Both the position numbers and the translations under genes were made by a program. A stretch of 64,000 bases of DNA, taken from NCBI GenBank assembly GCA_964547225.1, contig CAZJMV010000212.1:16465-80464 (forward strand), read 5' to 3'. This document shows, piece after piece, positions 40,258 through 48,395 of the stretch. Numbering within the stretch: the stretch's first letter is position 1; every line of letters begins with the position of its first letter. The notes beneath the pieces are model-generated. The model saw only the letters and a program-made list of their open reading frames with translations, searched no databases and was not told the origin of the DNA. This DNA comes from an uncultured Anaerolineaceae bacterium. GTDB taxonomy: Bacteria; Chloroflexota; Anaerolineae; Anaerolineales; UBA4823.

Positions 40258-40477
40258 TCGTTAATTGAACCTCCTCGCTCTATTATTATGATGTGAGTTA
40301 TAAAAAACGTTCATAATAAATCAAATAACTCGAACAAAAAAATATGGATGCCGGTATATTAAAAAAAATCCGAGATTAATGCGTGGCGACAATTATACCG
40401 TCTTTTTTCAATAGGTCAACCCAACAATTAAGTAAATATATATTTTCTTAATTGGTGTTGTGGGTTATAATAAACGC

Positions 40478-41092
40478 ATGAAAACTTCTCGTCAACAGAT
40501 TCTTGATCTCATTAGAACACATCAATTATTGACCGTTCCTGATATAAGCAAAGTGCTTCATATGACAAAGGCTAACGTCAGACATCACCTATCAATCCTC
40601 GAAGAACGCGGTGAAATTGAGGCGATAGGCGTTCGACCTCAAATAGGAAAGGGCAGACCAGCCATTTTATACAGCTTGTCTCAAAAAGCAAAGGGGGACA
40701 ATTATGAGCATCTCTGTCATACATTACTAGATTTATTATTCTCTTCAGAGGAAGGGGAGACCGATAGAATTCTAGAACAAGTTGTCAATCGAATGGTTGA
40801 AAAAGTTCAAGAAGATATGGATAAACCGATGCCACTCACCCAACGTCTTTTTGAAATCATTGCTTACCTAAACCGTAATCATTATATGGCACGCTGGGAA
40901 GCACACCATGAAGCTCCTATTATTATTTTCGAAAACTGCCCATACCGAAATATTCTCGACGCTCACCCTGAATTATGTAAAATAGACCAATTGATCTTGA
41001 AAAAACTTACAATGTCTCAGATCCATCAAATAAGTAAGTTTTCAAAGGACAAGCGTGGTATCCTTCAGTGTCGTTTTTTAATAAAAATATAA
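40478..41092 (+). CDS. winged-helix (ArsR/SufR-like) transcriptional regulator
   Basis: SRQQILDLIRTHQLLTVPDISKVLHMTKANVRHHLSILEERGEIEAIG...GKGRPAILYSL. The C-terminal domain has scattered Cys (ENCPYRN...ELCKID...LQCRF). ATG 40478 is preferred over the track's GTG 40460, because a TATAAT lies at 40466-40471. Confidence 0.7.
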   Translation: MKTSRQQILDLIRTHQLLTVPDISKVLHMTKANVRHHLSILEERGEIEAIGVRPQIGKGRPAILYSLSQKAKGDNYEHLCHTLLDLLFSSEEGETDRILEQVVNRMVEKVQEDMDKPMPLTQRLFEIIAYLNRNHYMARWEAHHEAPIIIFENCPYRNILDAHPELCKIDQLILKKLTMSQIHQISKFSKDKRGILQCRFLIKI

Positions 41093-41373
41093 GATGTAAC
41101 AAAGGAAATTCTAAATACTATCCATAATAATTTCTCCAGAATCAAAATTTGCATGTTAAAAAACTACAAATTTCGCATATAATATATACACTAACATTAA
41201 CTCCAATCCTTACAAAACGCTAACAATCAATCAGGTATATCGTAAATAATGAACAAATTAAGATAAATTTAGTGTAAAATATTATTAGAAATTTCTAAGA
41301 GCAAGGTTCTATCTGTCCAATAAAGATACAATTTAAGCTTTTTCAGATTATTAGTTTTTTCGGAGGAGAAATC

Positions 41374-42501
41374 ATGAGCAACACAATCGAGAAAGAAAAT
41401 AAAATAGAAATTTCACGCACAATCCTGATCATCAGTCTGATTTTTATACTTACGCTTTCTTTATCAGGATGCAATTTTATTGCGGAAGAGAAAGATGAAG
41501 ACCTCGAGAAAACACAAGATGCGCTCGAGTTACAGCAGACAATTATGGCTCAGCAAGCCACAATCGATGCACAAAATTCTCAGGCAACATCTCAATCCGA
41601 ACAACCCGTGGACTTTGAAGCCACTGAAGCCGCAGTTCAACAACCATCCGTAGATATCGAAGCCACCCAATTAGCCCTTGCTGCACAACAAACTGCAGCA
41701 GCACAACAACAAATACAAGCTACTCAACCGCCTCCACCCACGCAACCACCCCTTCAAGAACCGACAGTCGCTTCTCAAGATTTTACTGAAATGATGAAAT
41801 CTGCTTCCATATTACTTTACGAAGACATGGTTGAGATTCCAGCAGAATATCGCTATGTAAAACGAACGCTAGATACAATGGGTTTACGGTATAAGGACGA
41901 CGGGAATGCTATGGGATGGCTTAAATCCGACTTACTCGGTGGCTCTCCCGCAGGTGGACCCTGGGATCTTGTTATTATCGCAGCGGAATTTCGCGAACAA
42001 GTATCTGGTGAATACTTTGATTACCTTAATGACATATTAAACCAAGGAACCTCCGTCATCGTCGAAGCTTGGTATCTAGACCAAGTTTCTGAGGGGAAAG
42101 TTAGTACGATACTGACTAAATGTGGCGTCCAAGTATATCCATACTTCCCTGCTACAGGTAGCGTCAACGACGTAATCGTTTGGCCACTACCTGGAATGTC
42201 ATCACACCCACTTCTGTCACAACCAAATGGCGGATTACGCTTCACGAAAGCACGAGACACCTGGTTGTGGACTTTCGACTTGGGCGATCACACCGCTTAC
42301 ACCGGTCGCGGAGACGCCCAAATTCTGATGGGAACCGACGCCCAAGATGGAAATAAAGATGGAGTACTCACCGTTTGCATGGGCGGGCAATTTACATTGA
42401 TGACATTTAGTAGCCACTCCTTCCCATATGATATCATGTATCCTCTTTGGGAAAATATGATCTATAATGCCTTAAAGATTCGTCTAACTGGTAGTTATTA
42501 G
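41374..42501 (+). CDS. lipoprotein paralogue 1: signal/lipobox - Q/A/T-rich linker - uncharacterised ~235-aa domain
   Basis: 375 aa. GGAGGAG SD. Lipobox (LSLSGC). Low-complexity linker (AQQATIDAQNSQATSQ...QATQPPPPTQPP). The conserved domain starts MKSASILLYEDMV and ends PLWENMIYNALKIRLTGSY. Confidence 0.85.
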   Translation: MSNTIEKENKIEISRTILIISLIFILTLSLSGCNFIAEEKDEDLEKTQDALELQQTIMAQQATIDAQNSQATSQSEQPVDFEATEAAVQQPSVDIEATQLALAAQQTAAAQQQIQATQPPPPTQPPLQEPTVASQDFTEMMKSASILLYEDMVEIPAEYRYVKRTLDTMGLRYKDDGNAMGWLKSDLLGGSPAGGPWDLVIIAAEFREQVSGEYFDYLNDILNQGTSVIVEAWYLDQVSEGKVSTILTKCGVQVYPYFPATGSVNDVIVWPLPGMSSHPLLSQPNGGLRFTKARDTWLWTFDLGDHTAYTGRGDAQILMGTDAQDGNKDGVLTVCMGGQFTLMTFSSHSFPYDIMYPLWENMIYNALKIRLTGSY

Positions 42502-42514
42502 ATATGAGGAAAAA

Positions 42515-42546
42515 TATAGAGAGGGCTAAGAATATCCCTCTCTATA
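42515..42546 (+). other. 11-bp perfect hairpin without U-tract between paralogues 1 and 2
   Basis: TATAGAGAGGG (42515-42525) pairs with CCCTCTCTATA (42536-42546). The loop is 10 nt and CAGAATT follows. Confidence 0.6.
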
Positions 42547-42555
42547 CAGAATTAT

Positions 42556-43629
42556 ATGGTATTTATAACGAAAGAGAGAGATCAACACTTCAAGAAAACG
42601 CAAAAATTATCTTCTCGGTTTTTTAGCATCATTGTATTAGCATTTTTCGTGTTTTCCCTATTACAATTAAGTTGTGTTCTTTCATCGTTAATCCCAAGCG
42701 ATGTTGATAGCACAACAACAATTTTAAGTTTAAACCAAACCAGTATTGCAAATACAGTTACTCAACGAATAATTACCGCTTCGACCTTGACACCATCTAC
42801 TCCGCTTACTACAACCATCTCACCAACCGCACCGATTTCTTCAGAAACCATTTCACCTGTAACTTCAACAACTCCAACTCCTGATCTTTCAGAAACAGAT
42901 GATTTGATTTCCAGAATGAAATCTGCCAACATACTCCTTTATGAAGATATGGTCGAGAATAGAGATGCAAGACGCTATATCAGAGATACACTTGATAGAA
43001 TGGAACTTCCGTACACAGATATTGGCAGCGCTGATGGATGGTTAAAAACCAGCATAATTGGTGGTGTACCGGGTGGTGGTGAATGGGATCTAATCATTAT
43101 CGCTTCAGAAGCGAAAATGGGGATTTCAGGAGAATTCTTTCAATATATCAATAACGCCTTAGATAAGGACATATCCGTTATTCTAGAAATAGGGTATCTT
43201 GATCAAATAGCCAATGGGGTTGCAAATGAAGTTCTCGAACGCTGTGGTGTTGCCTTTCAAAGTGATTGGAGAAATATCCACCCTTCAAGAATGGTAATGT
43301 TTCCTTTAGGAACCACGCATCCAATTTTAAATGAACCTAATAGCGGACTTTCTTTCACGAAAGTAACTGAATATTGGTGGGATCCTTCTGGTGAAAATGT
43401 ATATGATATTGGCGATCGAATGCAATTAACCTTCAACGGTGATGCTATTTTATTACTAGGCACATCAGCAATTGACAAAAACAAAAATGGTACATTAACA
43501 AACTGCATCAATAACCGTCTTACACTACAGACCTTTTCTTCCCACCAAATTGCATATGAAACTATGCAGCTTTTATGGGAAAATTATATCTATAACGCGT
43601 TAAAGATCCGCATCCTTGGTAGCTATTAA
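42556..43629 (+). CDS. lipoprotein/secreted paralogue 2: signal anchor - T/S/P-rich linker - same uncharacterised domain
   Basis: 357 aa. Hydrophobic N-terminus ending LLQLSC (imperfect lipobox). T/S/P linker. The domain runs MKSANILLYEDMV ... LLWENYIYNALKIRILGSY. Confidence 0.85.
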   Translation: MVFITKERDQHFKKTQKLSSRFFSIIVLAFFVFSLLQLSCVLSSLIPSDVDSTTTILSLNQTSIANTVTQRIITASTLTPSTPLTTTISPTAPISSETISPVTSTTPTPDLSETDDLISRMKSANILLYEDMVENRDARRYIRDTLDRMELPYTDIGSADGWLKTSIIGGVPGGGEWDLIIIASEAKMGISGEFFQYINNALDKDISVILEIGYLDQIANGVANEVLERCGVAFQSDWRNIHPSRMVMFPLGTTHPILNEPNSGLSFTKVTEYWWDPSGENVYDIGDRMQLTFNGDAILLLGTSAIDKNKNGTLTNCINNRLTLQTFSSHQIAYETMQLLWENYIYNALKIRILGSY

Positions 43630-43678
43630 TAAATCGGTTTCTGAATTCTCGGGAGTTGTTTACACGTGGAGGTAGAAT

Positions 43679-44782
43679 ATGAAAGAGAAAGAAAAGAAAA
43701 ATGGAATTCATTTTCTTGCGCTACTCGTCTCACTGATAATATTTCTATTTATATTGATCGCTTGTAGCGAAGGTTCGACCAATAATAATTCAGCTAAGCA
43801 GACCGAGCTACGAGAAACTGAGCTAGAAATCCACGTTGAACAAACTTTACGCTCTCAAGGCGGGGGTAGCGCTCAAAGCACAACAACAATGACCTCAAAT
43901 CAATCTCCAGCACAACAGCCAACCAATACAGAAAAAGCAGAACCTACGGAAGATATCAACGCGACTCAAGCCGCGAGTGCAGCCACCGACGCAGCTTTAA
44001 ATACTCAGAATGCGATGGAAGAATTTGCACAAACCCCTGTCGGATTGAGTGAAGAAGCGCTTCAAGAAAAGATGAAAAAAGCAAATATTCTGCTCTACGA
44101 AGATATGGTTGCCAATCTGGATACAAACCGCTATGTGAAAGAAACTCTAGATAAAATGGGTTTGACTTATAAAGATGACGGAAATGCATCCGGTTGGTTA
44201 AAATCAGACCTAAATAGCGGTGCGCCAAATGGTCAACCTTGGGACTTAGTTATCGTTGCCAATGAATCAAAAGCGAATATTTCTGGAGAGTTTTTTGAAT
44301 ATGTTATGGATGCACTTGACGCGGGTTCTTCTGTGATCATGGAAGTCTGGTACTTAGACGATACCTTTTCCGGAACAGCTAGTACACTACTTGAACGATG
44401 TGGTATCGCCTTCGGAGCAGATTGGGTGAGAATACCCCCTACTCGTATGATCATGTTTCCACTGGATTCCTCTCACCCTGTTTTACAAGAACCTAATTCT
44501 GGATTAGGGTTTACCGATGTCACCAGTTATTGGTGGGATGATTCCGGTGCGATCGATTATGATATTGGAGATCTCGTTAAATTAACTGGATCCGGAGACG
44601 CAGATTTACTTCTAGGGACAAAAGCGACTGAAAAATCCACACATGCTACGTTAACCGTTTGTATGGATGGACAATTAACGCTCCAAACATTTTCGTCACA
44701 CCAGTTAACGTTTAAGACTATGGAACCTTTATGGGAGAACTATATCTATAATGCATTAAAATACCGCTTTGAAAATAATTAA
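43679..44782 (+). CDS. lipoprotein paralogue 3: signal/lipobox - mixed linker - same uncharacterised domain
   Basis: 367 aa. GGAGG SD. Lipobox (FILIAC). The domain runs MKKANILLYEDMV ... PLWENYIYNALKYRFENN. Confidence 0.85.
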   Translation: MKEKEKKNGIHFLALLVSLIIFLFILIACSEGSTNNNSAKQTELRETELEIHVEQTLRSQGGGSAQSTTTMTSNQSPAQQPTNTEKAEPTEDINATQAASAATDAALNTQNAMEEFAQTPVGLSEEALQEKMKKANILLYEDMVANLDTNRYVKETLDKMGLTYKDDGNASGWLKSDLNSGAPNGQPWDLVIVANESKANISGEFFEYVMDALDAGSSVIMEVWYLDDTFSGTASTLLERCGIAFGADWVRIPPTRMIMFPLDSSHPVLQEPNSGLGFTDVTSYWWDDSGAIDYDIGDLVKLTGSGDADLLLGTKATEKSTHATLTVCMDGQLTLQTFSSHQLTFKTMEPLWENYIYNALKYRFENN

Positions 44783-44804
44783 TATATTGTTTCCTAAATT
44801 TTTT

Positions 44805-44826
44805 TCCCCGAAAGGGGATTTTTTTA
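44805..44826 (+). terminator. intrinsic terminator after paralogue 3
   Basis: TCCCC-GAAA-GGGGA (44805-44818) followed by TTTTTTT. The stem is GC-rich with a GNRA-like tetraloop. Confidence 0.75.
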
Positions 44827-44921
44827 TCAAACTAACTCTCTAAAACTGAAACAATGGCTTGAAAAACAGTAAAATAATCTCAATCAATTTAGGAATCAAG
44901 ACAAATAGAAAAAAGGTAATA

Positions 44922-45404
44922 ATGAACATCGGACATTTTTTAGGAGGAGTAGGTGCTTGTATCTATGACCCTCAAATAAAAAAATATCTAATCTTACTCA
45001 GATCTGAACATAGGGATTTTGGAGCTAACCAATGGGAATGTTTAACCGGCAGAGTCAACCAAGGTGAGAGTTTCTCACAAGCTTTGCATCGCGAAGTGTA
45101 TGAGGAAATTAAATGTAAAATCAAAATCGATTTTATCATAGGGACAACTCATTTTTTCAGGGGAAGTGAAAACCCCAAGAATGAATTATTAGGTGTAATC
45201 TACTCCTGTTCAATTTTAGACAAACAAATCCCAAAACTAGGAAAGGAACATTCCGCTCTCCGTTGGGTTAGCGCTAACGAGGCATACGATATTCTTCCCA
45301 AAGGCAATTGGCTTTACAATGCAATTCAAAAAGCTGAAATGATAAGATCTCAAATAACTACTGAATTACTTGAATATTTTCAAGTTGAAGGTTTTGAAAT
45401 CTGA
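44922..45404 (+). CDS. Nudix hydrolase
   Basis: Nudix box (GRVNQGESFSQALHREVYEEIKC). ATG 44922 is preferred over the track's TTG 44859. Confidence 0.8.
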   Translation: MNIGHFLGGVGACIYDPQIKKYLILLRSEHRDFGANQWECLTGRVNQGESFSQALHREVYEEIKCKIKIDFIIGTTHFFRGSENPKNELLGVIYSCSILDKQIPKLGKEHSALRWVSANEAYDILPKGNWLYNAIQKAEMIRSQITTELLEYFQVEGFEI

Positions 45405-45497
45405 AACTTTCTCGATCAAGTATATAAAAATTAACTAATCTCGTTAATTCTTTATAGATTAAAACCATCAAGAATAGAATAGGAAAACAATACTCAA

Positions 45498-45929
45498 ATG
45501 GTAAAGAAAAGCAAGAAAAGCGCTTTTATCTTAAGTTGTTCGATCGTTTTCTCATTTGTTCTGACAAGTGCTTTCCTTAATTTATTATTGCCTTATTTAA
45601 TGACAGGTAAACCAACCGTTATTATCCAGAAACCCCAAGATTTATCGACACCCGCTGAGATTCTTTCTTTAGTATTCCTGCTAATAATCATCATTGGAGG
45701 ATTGATTACTATTGGTACTTACTGGCTATATAAATTCTTTGGAGAGAATTATTTCGGTACAAGGAGTCTTCTTCGTTGGATTTTCTTTGGGATCTTATTT
45801 GCAATATTTACGAAATCCCCAGATTGGATATTTAGTGAAAATCTAGCAACAATCAAGAACCTAGTCCGGTTAGCTGGTGTATTCGCAGCGTTCTTTCTTT
45901 CAAGAATAGCTTTTCCACTAGAAAAGTAA
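45498..45929 (+). CDS. hypothetical small membrane protein (about 4 TM)
   Basis: 143 aa with four hydrophobic stretches. No recognisable motif. Confidence 0.55.
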   Translation: MVKKSKKSAFILSCSIVFSFVLTSAFLNLLLPYLMTGKPTVIIQKPQDLSTPAEILSLVFLLIIIIGGLITIGTYWLYKFFGENYFGTRSLLRWIFFGILFAIFTKSPDWIFSENLATIKNLVRLAGVFAAFFLSRIAFPLEK

Positions 45930-45952
45930 ATTTTAATTAGGTAACCAGAAAA

Positions 45953-46132
45953 CTAGAATTTCTCAAATTTATCAATACTCTGTAAATTTTTTAAATCTCT
46001 GTAGCTTTGACGCCAACGAAAGCAGAGGCTAAGAACGTACAAAAAAATCGTACCTAGTATTACAGAAAATCCAGCTATAAAATAGACGGTTGTCTCCGCT
46101 GGTTGTTGAGCTATTAATGCCATAGCCATCAT
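45953..46132 (-). CDS. ccmD: heme exporter protein CcmD (59 aa, below the ORF-track cutoff)
   Basis: My translation is MMAMALIAQQPAETTVYFIAGFSVILGTIFLYVLSLCFRWRQSYRDLKNLQSIDKFEKF: a single TM followed by a basic segment. Its ATG overlaps the ccmC TGA (ATGA at 46129-46132). Confidence 0.7.
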   Translation of the reverse strand: MMAMALIAQQPAETTVYFIAGFSVILGTIFLYVLSLCFRWRQSYRDLKNLQSIDKFEKF

Positions 46133-46869
46133 TCTCCTTTATCGTAAAGTCTCATCTTCAATTGAATGATCTTCTCCTGAAGAATTCCCAGTCGAACACG
46201 ATGCCACAACAGATCTAGGTAAATAAAAGAAAAGGAAACCAAACTAAAGAAAAAAACAAATTGCATACTAGCTGTCATATCAAAACTACCTGTTGCTCCA
46301 GGTTGATTAGACCCAATAATTACTGGGTGAATTGTTCTATAAAGTCTCGCTGAAAAAAAAGTAAGCGGGACACTTACAAATCCAATAATTGCATACACAG
46401 CCCCAAAACGTGCCATCTTATCAGGATCATCAATTCCAGATCTTAGCATCAGATATGCAGCATACACGAAGATCATAATGGTTGTTGTAGTTAATCTAGG
46501 GTCCCAAGTCCACCAAGTATTCCAAATCGGTCGCGCCCAAATTGAACCAGAAACAACTGCAATAATTGAGAATACGAGACCAATTTCAACAGACGATAAA
46601 CCAATCGTATCCCACTTAATCTCTTCACGGGATAAATATAGGATGCCAACAACAGCAGCCACTATAAAACTTAACATACCGACCCAAGCAGAAGCAACAT
46701 GAAAATAAAAAACTTTCTGAACATTTCCCATAATCGCCTCAATGGGTGCAAAGAAAAAAACCAATCCAGTCGCGATGAACAATAAGGTTATAGTAACAAC
46801 ATCAAGAATTTCTAATAATTTCGGTTTCGGTACCAAAATTGCCTCCTTCACTGATGAGAATTGAAACAT
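46129..46869 (-). CDS. ccmC: heme exporter protein CcmC
   Basis: WWD signature (WARPIWNTWWTWDPRL) and conserved His loops. The start is placed at M29 of the track ORF (ATG 46869), just after the ccmB stop. The track start 46953 would overlap ccmB by 65 nt. No clear SD, so the start is uncertain. Confidence 0.88.
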   Translation of the reverse strand: MFQFSSVKEAILVPKPKLLEILDVVTITLLFIATGLVFFFAPIEAIMGNVQKVFYFHVASAWVGMLSFIVAAVVGILYLSREEIKWDTIGLSSVEIGLVFSIIAVVSGSIWARPIWNTWWTWDPRLTTTTIMIFVYAAYLMLRSGIDDPDKMARFGAVYAIIGFVSVPLTFFSARLYRTIHPVIIGSNQPGATGSFDMTASMQFVFFFSLVSFSFIYLDLLWHRVRLGILQEKIIQLKMRLYDKGE

Positions 46870-46888
46870 AAAAACGCTTTCGAGTGTT

Positions 46889-47620
46889 TTATTCTTGAAC
46901 AATAAAATCAAATACCATATATGCAACCGCGAAGAAAACAATATCATAAACAATCAAGAGATTCAAATATGGCATCACTTCTACCATCTCGGTTCCTGCC
47001 AGAAAAGCCCTGCTGGCTCGCACAGCAGCAATAAAAATCGGTATAGAAACAGGAAACAATAGGATCGGTAAGAGAATATCTCGAGTACGTGTTTGAACAA
47101 TCATACTAGATAATAAGGTTCCAACAATAATATACCCCAATGATCCTAACAAAACCACAAAGATAAATCCTTGATGGAAAAGATTAGTGCCATACAAGAC
47201 ACTAAAAATCGGTAGAACGATTAACTCAACGACAGTCATAAAAATAAAATTTCCAAACGCCTTTCCAAAAAAAATCGCACTCCGATCAACCGGCGCCATC
47301 AACAAACCATCCAAACAAGCACGATCTTTTTCCATAGCCATTGAGCGATTCATACCCAATGTCCCAGCAAAAGCGAATGTCACCCATAACACACCCGAGG
47401 CTGTATTTGTGCGCGTTGCAGCATCCAATTCAAAGGCAAAATTAAAGATCAGTACAACCAGCAAAGCAAAAACTAGCATCGCAGATAGCATTTCTCGACT
47501 GCGCAACTCCATTATCATATCTTTCCATACTACTGCAATGAGTACTCTTAGATAGCTGAGCTTAGATATTAAAATATGATCTTTTTTAGAAAACTGATTT
47601 TTATTGTGAAAACCCATCAC
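46889..47620 (-). CDS. ccmB: heme exporter permease CcmB
   Basis: 243 aa, six-TM pattern (...VWKDMIMELRSREMLSAMLVFALLV...). Its start overlaps the ccmA stop by 1 nt. Confidence 0.85.
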   Translation of the reverse strand: MMGFHNKNQFSKKDHILISKLSYLRVLIAVVWKDMIMELRSREMLSAMLVFALLVVLIFNFAFELDAATRTNTASGVLWVTFAFAGTLGMNRSMAMEKDRACLDGLLMAPVDRSAIFFGKAFGNFIFMTVVELIVLPIFSVLYGTNLFHQGFIFVVLLGSLGYIIVGTLLSSMIVQTRTRDILLPILLFPVSIPIFIAAVRASRAFLAGTEMVEVMPYLNLLIVYDIVFFAVAYMVFDFIVQE

Positions 47621-48321
47621 TATCCTGCTTCAAGTGTTTGTCTATAGAAATGGAGTAATTGATCAGGCTCGAGTTCTGCTCTTGTTGTAGAAGCAACTAT
47701 CTTTCCACGCGCCAAAATGTCAAAACGCCACGCTAATCTTGCAGAACGAGCTAGATCATGGGAAGTCATCACAAGTGTGCGTCCTTGCGAAGCAACATCG
47801 AGCAAGACTTGGTCTAACATTTCACATGCCTCTTGGTCGAGACCTGTATGGGGTTCATCTAACAATAAAACACTTGGATCATGCAGAATTGCTCTCCCAA
47901 TCGCTAGTCTTTGTTGCATACCCCTTGAATAAGTGCGTATAATATCTTGAGCTCGCTGTTCCAATCCCACTATGCTCAAGACCTCCTCGATCCGATGTTG
48001 AATATTCTCGATCGCATACATGCGACCAAAAAACTTCAGATTTTCGATCGCGGATAAATCACCATATAATAATGGTTGGTGAGAAACCACACCCATTAAT
48101 TTCCGCACTGATGTAGATTGTGAAGGTAATCTATATCCAGATATCTTTACCTCCCCACTCTCTGGTCGTGATAAAGTAGAAAGGATTCTGAGTAAGGTTG
48201 TTTTTCCAGCGCCATTTGGTCCCAATATAGCAACAAATTCTCCTTGGTCTACGTAAAAGTCCAATTCCCGTAGAACACGTTTATATCCGAATCTTTTCAC
48301 TAATCTTTTTGTTTCAATCAT
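47620..48321 (-). CDS. ccmA: heme exporter ATP-binding protein CcmA
   Basis: Walker A (GPNGAGKTT), signature-like YSRGMQQRLAIGRA, Walker B (LLLDEPHTGLD). Confidence 0.9.
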   Translation of the reverse strand: MIETKRLVKRFGYKRVLRELDFYVDQGEFVAILGPNGAGKTTLLRILSTLSRPESGEVKISGYRLPSQSTSVRKLMGVVSHQPLLYGDLSAIENLKFFGRMYAIENIQHRIEEVLSIVGLEQRAQDIIRTYSRGMQQRLAIGRAILHDPSVLLLDEPHTGLDQEACEMLDQVLLDVASQGRTLVMTSHDLARSARLAWRFDILARGKIVASTTRAELEPDQLLHFYRQTLEAG

Positions 48322-48395
48322 AGAAATAGTAATAGTGGAGGGACAATTATTTTATTCACCCTTTCCAATATAATGGTACCATCATCCAAAGGCTT

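Noticed and set aside
41093-41373. Promoter call in the 281-bp AT-rich leader of the paralogue operon (TTGCAT at 41149, TATAAT at 41178)
   Set aside because: The spacing between the best -35-like and -10-like hexamers is 23 nt. Other combinations are weak, and in AT-rich DNA such hexamers are expected by chance. No promoter is reported.
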